Source of the DNA: Octopus sinensis
Taxonomy: Eukaryota
DNA length: 64,000 nt
Reading direction: 5' to 3'
Assembly (NCBI RefSeq): GCF_006345805.1
Contig: NC_043010.1
Span: 62,434,001-62,498,000, forward strand
Notes under the pieces: model-generated
Database searches by the model: none
The model's input: the letters and a program-made list of their open reading frames with translations, nothing else
Told to the model about the DNA's origin: nothing
Made by a program: the position numbers and the translations under genes
Part shown: positions 1 through 11,139 of the stretch, in pieces
Numbering within the stretch: position 1 is the stretch's first letter
Layout: every line of letters starts with the position of its first letter

Positions 1-135
1 CAACCCCAGGATTTATTCTTTGTAAGCCTAGTACTTATTCTATCGGTCTCTTTTACTGAACCACTTAGTTACGGGGAAGTAAACACACCAACATCGGTTG
101 TCAAGTGATGTTGGGGTACAAACACAGTCACACAA

Positions 136-186
<51 letters not shown>

Positions 187-356
187 TATATACAACAGGC
201 TTCTTTCAGTTTCCATTTACCAAATCCACTCACAAGGCTTTGGTTGGCCTGAGGCTATAGTAGAAGACACTTGCCCAAGGTGCCACACAGTGGGGCTGAA
301 CCTGGAACCATGTGGTTGGTAAGCAAGCTACTTACCACACAGCCACTCCTATGTCT
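1..356 (-). mobile_element. tRNA-derived CORE-type SINE (family A, resembles octopus OR2-type SINE), 3' end cut by the window edge
   Basis: Reverse complement of the 7456-7860 copy: tRNA-like head, gtggcaccttgggcaagtgtcttc core, internal (TA)n(TG)n. Confidence 0.85.
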
Positions 357-459
357 ATTTTATTTTTTAAAGGGATCTCTTCAGTTTATCCCACAGGATC
401 TGATTTATTGCAGTTTTCTGCACCAATCAGGAAAATCTATGATCAAGAGTGTTCCCACC

Positions 460-1433
460 ATGGCCATCCTGAGGACATGCATAAGCTTGCAAGGAATGAA
501 GCCAGTATGCTCTGCTGGATGTGTAATGTCAGTGTGCATGCATGACAGAGTGTAAGCACCCTGAGAGAAAAGTTGGACTGAAGAAGCATCAGATGTGGTG
601 TACAAGAGAGACGGCTGCGCTGGTATGGTCATGTGTTGCGAATGAATGAGGACAGCTGTGTGAAAAATTGTCACACCCTAGCAGTTGAGGGAACCTGTAG
701 AAGATGTAGACCCAGGATGAGGTGGTGAAGCATGACTTTCAAACATTGGGCCTCACCAAGGCAATGACTAGTGACCAAGACCTTTGGAGATATGCTGTGC
801 TTGAGAAGACCTGGAATGCCAAGTGAGACGATAACCATGGCCTATGCCAATGCTGTATAACCCATTTAAGAATACCCTTCAATCATTGGACAATAAACTA
901 CGCTTGTGAAGACCTGTTGATGCAAATGAAATCGCTGTCGTGGCTGATGACAGTACCTATTTCTTTATTACCCACAAGGGGCTGAACATAGAGGGGACAA
1001 ACATGGACAGACATAGGTATTAAGTCGATTATATCGACCCCAGTGCTTAACTGGTACTTAATTTATCGATCCTGAAAGGATGAAAGGCAAAGTCAACCTC
1101 GGCTGATGACAGTACTGTCTGATTGGCACCTGTGCCAGTGGGACGTTAAAAGCACCATTTGAGCATGATTGTTGCCAGGGTCACTGACTGGCTCACGTAA
1201 AAAGCACCATTTGAGTGTGGCCGATGCCAGTACCCACTGACTGGCTCTCATGCTGGTGGCATGTAAAAGCACCCACTACACTCTCGGAGTGGTTGGTGTT
1301 AGGAAGGGTATCCATCTGTAGAAACTCTGCCTGATAAGATTGGAGCCTGGTGCAGCCTTCTGGCTTGTCAGCCCTCAAACTGTCCAACCCATGCCAGCAT
1401 GGAAAGTGGACGTTAAATGATGATGATGATGAT
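460..1433 (+). mobile_element. RTE-clade LINE 3' fragment (degenerate RT C-terminus, 3' UTR, (GAT)n tail)
   Basis: Remnant peptides NEASMLCWMCNVSVH, RLRWYGHVLRMNEDSCVK and DLWRYAVLEKT. The 3' UTR has ggcacgtaaaaagcacc repeats and ends ggacgttaaatgatgatgat. Confidence 0.85.
957..1100 (-). mobile_element. 5'-truncated SINE (family B) inserted in the RTE 3' UTR with a 15-bp target-site duplication
   Basis: ggctgatgacagtac occurs at 942-956 and 1101-1115. The insert matches the 3' half of the SINE at 14877-15334. Confidence 0.85.
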
Positions 1434-2291
1434 AGTATATCTAGGATTACATTATTTACAGTTAGCTGATTTGATGTTGTTTAGCCCCAGGTCAGCCATA
1501 ACCTAGAAGACCTATGACCAAAGAAGCTCCAGCTTAGTATACCTAGGCCTACATCCTACAACTGTGTCCTTCCTATTTTTAAGACTGTATGGTATGAGGG
1601 AAATTTAACTGGGTTTTTTAGCAGGTTGAGCAATAACATACAGGCTAGCTCATTAGTCAAAGTTGCTATATCATTAATCATAAAGGAGCTCAAATAAAAT
1701 CTTCCCTAAATTTTTTAGTGGACCCTTTTAAAGGCTAGGACTTGCTTGTGTGAAATAGAGAAATATACCCATGGGTAGGACACAGATCTATCACCAAACC
1801 AATGATGGGAATCTCTGATTGCCTGACCAGCTGGAAATAAGTCAAATTTCCCTTATAACACACCCTACAGTCTCAAAGAAGGACACATTGGATAGTATAG
1901 TCCTAAATAGACTGTATGGACCTCTTGGATCCTTTTGATTCCTTTTTTACACTGCTGGACCCCCATATTAAAAATAATCCCATTTTTATAATTAGATATT
2001 AGGAATTGCATATAAAAAAAAAAATTTAATACTTTGTGAATTTTAGATGTACAAGCAATCTATTACTCTTAGTCTTATATGGACCCCTAAGGGCCATATG
2101 AGCCCCAGTTGCAAACCGTTGGGCTAGATCCCTTTAGCATTCAAACTGGCTGTATCCAGCCAAAGCATTTTACCTGCCAGAATCTGGCCTTTGCCAGCCA
2201 CCCTATAATTTCATTCTGAAAATCTCCAATAACATCAGAATCTCAAACTTACAAGAAAATGAAACAATTAATTCAAAACAATGGGAATAAA

Positions 2292-2572
2292 TATACATTA
2301 TTTACATTTGACGAATATTTGTCCTCACCTTGTTTGTTGTTAACACGTTTCGGCTGATATACCCTCCAGCCTTCATCAGGTGTCTTGGGGAAATTTCAAA
2401 CATGGGTTCTCATTCCTAAGGTATTTTTCAATCTTCTTATTATTATTCATATCACTGCCTAGAATCAAACTTGGAATCTTGGGGTTAGTAGCTCGCACTC
2501 TTAACCACTATGCCATATGCCCATGGGTAATTATGGAGTGAATTTTAGGGCATATGGCATAGTGGTTAAGAG
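2292..2572 (-). mobile_element. tRNA-headed short element with a Penelope-type minimal hammerhead ribozyme motif, copy 1, with an inverted duplicate of its 5' end
   Basis: A-box-like TGGCATAGTGG and B-box-like AGTTTGATTC. Motif gacac-CTGATGA-a-ggctg..cagcc-GAAAC-gtgtt at 2384-2342. Perfect 25-bp inverted repeat at 2498-2522 / 2548-2572. Confidence 0.7.
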
Positions 2573-4024
2573 CTTCTATATACCAAATTTACTTACGTGG
2601 CATTGGTTGGTCTGGGGCTATAGTAGAAGACCCTAGCCCAAGGTGCCATGCAGTGGGGTTGAACCTGAAGCCTCATGGTTGCAAAGCAAACGTCTTAATC
2701 ACACAGCCATGCCTGACATGAATAAAGGGGAATGGCTTTGGCCAGGGATTGAAACCACACACTGCTGCCAACATACCAAATGGTTATCTTTTGTTTTTTA
2801 GTGTTTTGTCACTAAATAGTGCATCATAGCAAGATGCATGGGTAGGGTGCTGAATTCCTGACCAAAAGATCGGGAGTTCAAACTGTACTCCACTCCAGCC
2901 GTTGTAGTGAATCAACAAGGAAGTAAATATGTGGTCACCTGGTATGTTAGAAATAGCAGCTAAATCTTGAACACTTGCGCTGTAACTCCTTAGAAAAATA
3001 GGACTACATCAAAAGAATAACCACAGTTGGGATGCTTTTGATCATAGGTCTGCTGGATCAAGGTCAGCCGGTGGTTAAACAACAACAACAAATACGACAG
3101 TGACTCTGTGCCTCTATGCAAGGCACATAACTCTGCTAAAATATTAAACAACAGGAAAAGTGTTGTCATCTGACTCGTGTCTCTAACTCAGGGATCAGCA
3201 AAACTCCATACATCATTGACCCCTTTGTGGAATCATTGATAACTTATCGACCCCAACCACCACACCATGTTAATTTCTAAAATACAATTATAAAATGTAA
3301 TTAATAAAAAAAATGTCTTGATTTAAAAGTTATAAAGAGGAGATGGCACACCTGTGTGAGAGAGGCAGGTGGGTGTCTGTGAGTGATTGAATATCATTTA
3401 GTCAGGTGGTCCTTCATTTGTAAGAAATATTTAAACAAAATTTAATGAAAATACTTAATGAAACTGAATAAAAATTCAATATCATTTTGACAAACTCGGA
3501 ATACTGGTTATGGCATTTATTCAGATTCAATAATTTTAGCTAAAAATTCCTCCAGATTCTATGCCTGGAGCCATTGTTATAGTTTCAGCCCTCCTTTTTT
3601 TAATGCTGGTATGAATTGGGTGGGCCTGGTATTCTAAGGCAAAATTTTATGGCCTGGTTCTTTCTCATTGCTAACCCTTTTAGTGGTCTGTCATGATACG
3701 AAGGGACACTGTATCCCTAATCTAAAATCTGTATGTCTTTCATCACCCTGGGATAAGGTAAGACAATGCTCTTTCTCAATAAGTGCTGCACGGAATTTTG
3801 TCAGTGAACAGGTCGCAGTCTCAAAGCGACGAAAATATTTTGACAAATTAAATTTAAATGTTGAAGTGAATCTAACGGTTTTTGTGTTTCTTAAATGGCT
3901 TATAAACACCTTCCACACTGCAATTGTTTTTGATCCAGCACACGATCTCAGATCAGGTCACTTGCTATGTAAGTACATCTCCGTAATGTTTTTATTATGA
4001 CTGAACATTTGAAAAACAGTTCTA

Positions 4025-4289
4025 TTTAAGAGATGAGGAATTATATACATATGCCCATTGGGCATATGGTGTATTGGTTAAGAGCATGGACTACTAACCC
4101 CAAGACTCCAAGTTCGATTCCAGGTAGTGACCTGAATAATAATAACATCGATAAAATTCCTTAGGAATGAGAACCCAGGTTCGAAATTTCCCCAAGACAC
4201 CTGAAGAAGGCTGGAGGGTATACCAGCCGAAGCGTTGTGTTAACAATAAACAAGATGAGGACAAATATCGTCAAATGTAAATAATGTAT
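4025..4289 (+). mobile_element. tRNA-headed short element with hammerhead motif, copy 2
   Basis: Aligns with 2292-2522 in the opposite orientation. B box AGTTCGATTCC; motif gacac-CTGAAGA-a-ggctgg..ccagcc-GAAG-cg-TT-gtgtt at 4196-4241. Confidence 0.7.
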
Positions 4290-5066
4290 TGAAAAAATGG
4301 TGTGTATGCATGTGTGTACCCTTGTCTGGCCTTGAGGATATATTACTACCTTGCTTAGAAAGAATTGAACATTGGTGACATGACAGGGCATGTCAGCTCA
4401 ACAAATTCCGTCCAACCCACGCAAACGAAGAAAGGTGGACATCAAAACGATGATGAGATGATGCAGATGGTGATGACTCTGTTCTGGATGCAAGACCAAA
4501 GGCAACATGAAACACAAAAGGCTGAGTGTTCCAGGAAATGTCTGATCCCGTTTAGACCAGTTTTTACTTATGGACCCCTTTCGTTCCTGTTTTAGTTGAA
4601 CCACAAACCATGCAAGGGCCCAGCAAACCCCTTTACCAAGCAGCCACACTTCGTGGGTGGATTGCAGACAATGACGGAAATGGGCCAAATAAATTCAGTC
4701 TTGGATGGCTTTTATCTTTCATCTTGTTTTCAGTCATTAGACTGCAGCCCAAGCGGGAGCACCACCATGAAGAATTTTTTAGCTGAATCGATTGGCCCTG
4801 GTACTTATTCTATCAGTCTCTTTGGCCAAAATGCTAAGTTACAGGGATGTAAACACACCAACACTGGTTGTCAAGCAGTGGAAGGGAACAAACACAAATA
4901 CATCATCATCATCATCGTTTAACGTCCGCGTTCCATGCTAGCATGGGTTGGACGGTTTAACTGGGGTCTGGGAAGCCAGAAGGCTGTATCAGGCCAGTCA
5001 GATCTGGTGGTGTTTCTACAGCTAGATATATATATATATATATATACATTCATATATATATATATA

Positions 5067-6311
5067 CAGGGTGCGATGGGTAAATTGTCACCATTTTATA
5101 TTTTTAATTTTGTGGATGTGTGTTGTTTGCCATTGATTTTGTCAACTACACAGTATAGTAGGGTCAGTTGGGCACTGTCTGTGATAAAAACAGCACCATA
5201 ATGCAATTCATTTTGCCAGAAATTAGGAAACAACATGCTGCACTGCTTGGCATTTGTGCCAGAAGCTCCAATACAAACGTTTCAGAGTGTTTGGAAAGAG
5301 TTGGATGAGTCTAATGCTGATTGTGAAGGTATGGCAGCTTAGAAAACTCACTCTGATAAGAAAAGAACTCCTGAATTTGTTGGTGAGATCCAGGCCACGA
5401 TTGACAATGATCCCTCCAAGTCAATCAGGTCCATCACCAGGGACATGGTGGTGTCTGAGTTTCTTATCAGGCAGGTAGTGCTTGAAGACATTCAGTATTT
5501 CTCATACAAGACGACAAAGGGCCAATTTTTATCCCAAGCCATCAACGACAAGAGGAAAGACTGTGCTACGAAGCTTTTGAACAAACTCCAGCATCCTCTC
5601 CAACAGAACATGCTTTGATTGGTTTTTCTCAGACGAGAAAAATTTCTGCCAGGATCAGATGAACACACAGAACAACCGTTGGCTTGCCATGTCCTCAAAA
5701 CATGTACTGAGAGTGATAAAAATCAAACATCCAGTCAATATCATGGTGTTTGGAGTGATGGCGATGTTATGCTTCCATTCATCTTTCCACACAGCCTCAG
5801 ACTCAACATGGAGGCTTACATTAAGTGCCTAGAGGAGGCAGTGCTTCCCTAGGTCATGAGGGTGGCTGCCGGAAGACCCCATGTCTGGCAACAGGACTCA
5901 GCACCATGCCACACAAGCAGAACCCAGTCATGGCTGTCAGACAATTTCTGCGACCACATCACACCTAACATCTGGCCACCCAACTCCCCAGACTGCAACC
6001 CTTTGATTATTATATGTAGGGCACAGTTGAGTGAGAGACCATGAAAACTCCTAACACGAAAGATGAACAGAAGGCAAGGATTATGGCAGCCTTGACCAAC
6101 TTAACAAGGAGACCATTCAGAAGAGTTGCAGGAGATTCCGAAATCATCTGGATGCCGCGGTTGAAGCCAATGGCGATTTTTATTGAATAAATTTACTCTT
6201 TAGTATTTCAAGATATTTTAATGTAATTTTGGTAAATATATCTGTTAACATGAGATGTCAGTGTTATTATCATTTTTGTATAATTTAGACAAGTTTATTC
6301 ACCACACCCTG
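5067..6311 (+). mobile_element. Defective Tc1/mariner-superfamily transposon, probably DD37D (maT)-like
   Basis: TIRs cagggtgcgatgggtaaattgtc and gacaagtttattcaccacaccctg, left end after TA. Frameshifted transposase WQQDSAPCHTS...IWPPNSPDCNPL(D), with 36 residues between the 2nd and 3rd Asp in this copy. Confidence 0.85.
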
Positions 6312-7455
6312 TCTGTTTATATATATTATAATGGAATGATTACTTTGCATTGTTTTGGCCTTACCCACGATCTTTTATACTATATATATATTGTATAACG
6401 GGCTTTCTTCAGCTTTTGCTCACTCAAATCCACTGACAAGGCTTTGGTTGGCCCAAGGCTATATTTAATAATAAAAATGCATTAGGATTTTCTAAACATT
6501 GAATGTCTATGAGGGTCCACCAGAATAAAAGAGGTCCATAGGTAAAAAATAGTTGGGAACCTCTGCTACAATAGAAGACCCTTCCTAAGGTTTCACGTAG
6601 TAGGACTGAACCCAGAGCCATGTGGTTGAGAGGTAAACTTTTTACCACACAGTCTTGCCTATGTTTATTTTCCATTTAACAGTAGCACTGTCCTAGATAT
6701 GGGAGTGGTGTTCCATAATTTCTTGTCTTTTAGTGAGGAGGGAAGGGCCGTGCTCATGACTCTTTAGAGGGCCTCAGACTGGTTAGAAGGGAGGTGGATA
6801 TCTTCAAACGAGAGACCTACATGAAATGGTTGCAACAGAGTTGGGGGGGGGGGCTGTAAAGTTATCAAAGGGACCAAGTGGGTGACAGATTAAACTTTGG
6901 CCCATCATGTTGCTGTACAACTGTTCTCCACTGTAGCTGCAGGCACAATGTGTTGCATTGAGAGGGGAGAAAACTCATATGGTGACATGTTGCACCTACA
7001 GTGTGCTAAAGATCAAGTCTATCACTTAAGTAAGCCATGGTGAAATCTGAATGCAAACAGCTAGAATAAACACCACAAGGGATCCAGCCTGACACTCTTA
7101 CACTCCCACTAATCTACTGTCTTGAATTGGAACAGTTTTCTTGCCCCTGGAAGGACGAAAGTGAAAGTTGAATCCTTAGTGGGGTTTGAACTCCAACAGC
7201 ACAGTTGAAGCAAATACCACAAGGTATTTTATCTGATGCTTTAAAGATTTAGCCAATTCCCCACCATTGAGCGGTGGTGGGAGCTCGCCTGAAAGGTTGT
7301 AGAGGGTTGGGGAACAATCAGAGAGAAAGCCCTACTGTCCAACTCTTATGACCAATCATAAACCAAACAAGAATTCAACCCTTTCCCACCACATCACTAT
7401 TCTAGCATCTCTTTTCAATTGAGAAACTCCAATTATATATGTATAGATATATATA

Positions 7456-7860
7456 GGCGCAGGAGTGGCTGTGTGGTAAGTAGCTTGTTTACCAACCACA
7501 TGGCTCCAGGTTCAGTCCCACTGCGTGGCACCTTGGGCAAGTGTCTTCTACTATAGCCTCGGGCCGACCAAAGCCTTGTGAGTGGATTTGGTAGACGGAA
7601 ACTGAAAGACGCCTGTCGTATATATATATGTGTGTGTGTGTGTGTGTTTGTGTGCCTGTGTTTGTCCCCCTAGCATTGCTTGACAACCGATGCTGGTGTG
7701 TTTATGTCCCTGTCACTTAGCGGTTCGGCTAAAGAGACCGATAGAATAAGTACTGGGCTTACAAAGAATAAGTCCCGGGATCGAGTTGGTCAATTAAAGG
7801 CAGTGCTCCAGCATGGCCGCAGTCAAATGACTGAAACAAGTAAAAGAATAAAGAAAGAAT
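7456..7860 (+). mobile_element. Full-length SINE family A (CORE-type)
   Basis: Head ggcgcaggagtggctgtgtggtaag, B box ggttcagtccc, core, internal microsatellite, tail ...ctccagcatggccgcagtcaaatgactgaaacaagtaaaaga. Further partial or diverged copies near 2580-2715, 4715-4900, 6395-6662, 18085-18230, 19985-20277, 26270-26420, 40735-41125, 41375-41510, 42480-42740, 45485-45795 and 61420-61713. Confidence 0.9.
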
Positions 7861-8190
7861 ATCATCATCATCATTCAATGTCTGTTTTCCATGCTGGCAT
7901 GGGTTGGACGGGTCGACCGGGGTCTGAGAAGCCAGGAAGTTGCACCAGGCTCCAGTCTGATATAGCAGTGTTTCTACAGCTGGATGCCCTTCCTAACGCC
8001 AACCACTCCAAGTGTGTAGTGGATTCTTTTTTACGTGCCACTGGCACAAGGGCCAGAGGGGGCTGGCCTCAATCACATTTGGAAAGTGCTTTTACATGCC
8101 ACCAGCAAGGGAGCCAGAGAGGGCTGGCATCAACCTCGATCAGATGGTGCTTTTTATGTGCCACCAGCACGGAAGCCAGTCAAGGCAGTG
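7861..8190 (-). mobile_element. RTE LINE 3' UTR fragment
   Basis: Reverse complement of 1130-1433, beginning at (CAT)n. Further copies near 4900-5025, 8280-8430, 8590-8760, 13775-13950, 20573-20757, 25800-26005, 41200-41350, 42285-42440, 44725-45075 and 61275-61400. Confidence 0.85.
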
Positions 8191-9071
8191 ATATATATTT
8201 CTATACATATATAGATATATATACACAGACATGTATGTATGTATGTGAGGAGTCTTGTCTCGTGCCGATGCCATGAAAGGAGCATAGTACATTCTGTAGA
8301 GTGGTTGGGGATTAGGAAGCCATAGAAAGCATGCAAAAGCTAATACCAGAGCTCAATGCCGACCGGCAGCTCATTGGATCTCCTCAAACCATTCAAACTA
8401 TTCCTGTATGGGTCATGGACATTAAATGATATGTATATGCCTGTGTGTATACACATATACACCTTAAAGGAATATTAAATCAACCCCAGTATCTCAATGG
8501 TATTTTTTATCAACTTTTGAAGGGCTCTATGCTTGTCAACCTTCTCTCCCCATCCACGTTTCATCACCCAACACCCAGAAAGGACAGGTGTTGGTGCCAC
8601 ACAAAAAAGCACTGGTGACGGTGCCATGTAAAAAGCACCCAATACACTCTGTAGAGTGGTCGGCATTAGGAAGGGCATCCAACTATAGAAACCAAATTAA
8701 AACAGACTATGGACCCTGCAGCAATGGAAAGCAGATGTTAAATGATGTTGATGATGATTAAGAAAGAAAAAAAAATACAAAGTTGACCTCAGCAGGATTT
8801 GAACTCCGACCACAAAGAGCAGAAATCTAAATACAAAACAATTATTATTTTGTCTGATGCTCTACCGATTCAGCCAATGCACATCACCTGTCGATCTATC
8901 AAACTCCAAAGGAAAATCCTGTCTGTGTTTTCTGCTAAGATTCTTCTAGAAAATCCCAGGAACGGGAAGAAACGAAACAGAAAATAAGAGATGCAACAAC
9001 AACAACAAAAATAAACACACAACAAAAAAAACAGAAAAGTAAAATACCACACAGTCATTCCTGTGTTTCAC

Positions 9072-9077
9072 TTTAAT
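9072..9077 (-). terminator. Candidate polyadenylation signal (ATTAAA) for ZNF-A, implying a 3' UTR of about 2.1 kb
   Basis: ATTAAA on the minus strand followed by a long U/GU-rich tract (about 9045-8995). The interval 9050-11140 lacks the common SINEs. Confidence 0.35.
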
Positions 9078-10696
9078 TAAACCCCCCCTCTCTTTTTGTT
9101 GATGATATTTGTTTGTTTTCTCTCTCATTTTTTTTTTTTGTTTTTTGTCTTTAATTGTCTTTAGTTTGTCGTTTGAAACAAATCTCCACATTTTACAGTT
9201 TAAAAACATTGTTGGGGGGGGGAACATTTCATTTTTAGATAATAATAATAATAACAATAATAATAATAATAATTGTTATTTCATTTTCATTTTCTGTTTC
9301 AAAATCAAATTTTTTTTTTTTAGAGATGAGGAGGTGTTTATTATTATTGTTATTATTATTATTATCATTTATAATTTTTGTTTTTCTAGTAAAAAAAAAA
9401 AAAAAATTCATTTTTCACTTTTGGAGCAAATATTTCTGTATATATATGTTCATTTTAACATCTACATCCCAGACACATGTTGTGAAGGAGGAAGTGGAAC
9501 CGTGCTTTGTCAGAGAGGCAGAGCAAGGAGAGAGAGAGAGACGAGAGTCTTGCCTAATGACCCAAAATAATGGCTGAAATAACAGTATGACTTGCAGTGG
9601 CTACGGTAGCTGTAAGGCTTGACCTTATAATAGCCAGGAAGGTCCATAAGTGCCCCCCCCCCACACAGACACACCTTATCTTCATCTCCCAGCCATTCCG
9701 ACATCACATCAACCTTATTGTTTTTATTATTATTGCTCATGGTTGGCAAATGGTATAAAACAAAACCCAATTAGCAATGTTTTGGGTGATTATTATTATC
9801 ATCATCATCATCATCATCATCGTTACTATCATTTTCCGCCTCCTCGTCTTTCAACTTTTGTTTGTTTTCAAAGTAAAATCCATGTAGCATGGTGTGTAAC
9901 ATGTTGCGACATGTGGCGTATTGTAAACATGTGACACAGTGTAACATGTAATTGTTTCATCACCATTACAGTTTCTTGATCTTTGTCAGTAATACACACT
10001 CATATATATATATACATACACTTATACACATACATATGTGAATGTGTGTATATATATATATATATACACACTTATACACATACATATATATGTGAATGTG
10101 TGTGTGTGTATATATATATATATATACATACACACACATTCACACAACTATGTGTATGTATGTGTATATATATATATACACAAAGGTATGTATATATGTC
10201 ATTTCATCATATTATCAATTCAATTTTTTATAAAAAAATCAGACAAAAAGGGAGACTTTTGTTGATGTTATTACTGTTTTTGTTTTTTTGCTTGGCTGTT
10301 TTTTTTTGTGGTTTCTGTATATTTTGTTCCTGTCTTTTGTAAAAAAAAAAAAAAAAATCTTTTTCAAATGCCTGAAAAATAAGAAAATGAAAAAGGAAAA
10401 AAAAAAAAACCCAACTATGTAAGGGTGTCGGGGTGGGGGAAGAGAGAAGGAAAAAGATATTGGGGGATCGGAGATGGGGGGTGTGTGTGAAAAACCCTGC
10501 ACAACGGGATGGGTGGAGATGTGATGGAGGTGTTTGTTTGAGTGAAGGTCACATGTAAAGAAGAGATACAGAAATGGGAGGTATGGTGAAGAGACGCATA
10601 TGCGCGTGTCATAGGTGTGTGTACACATACATACGCATAATTATATATACGCGCATGTGAGTATCTGTGTATGTATACATATACATATGAAAATAC

Positions 10697-10767
<71 letters not shown>

Positions 10768-11139
10768 CAAAATAAGCAAGGATATCCAAGGTGGTGTAGT
10801 ACAATCGTTTCATGCTACTTCATTTTATTAAACACTGTAAGTATTACATCAGTTTTAAAATGTCGAGCAATCTTCAGGCATTTAAAACTGATGTAATACT
10901 TAGTGTTTAATAAAATGAAGTAGCATGAAACGATTGTACTACACTACCTTAGATATCCTTGTTGCTTATTTTGATTATCTAAATCTTGCTGAACTTATTT
11001 ATATATATATATATATACATATGTATACATACATACATATATGTACATACATAGATAGATACACATATACATAAAGTAGAAAAGTAGAGAGTGTGTATTA
11101 GCGTGTGTTGTGTGTTTTATGGATGTGTAGGAACCATTC

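Noticed and set aside
4060-4132. tRNA gene (also the heads near 7456, 28165, 28320 and 46565)
   Set aside because: A/B boxes are present but I cannot form a complete cloverleaf with an acceptor stem, and most continue into a repeat body.
7680-8276. 198-aa ORF and other recurring ORFs containing FLQLDALPNANHS or IHSQGFG
   Set aside because: Chance read-through of SINE-A and RTE 3' UTR repeats; recurrence reflects repeat copy number.
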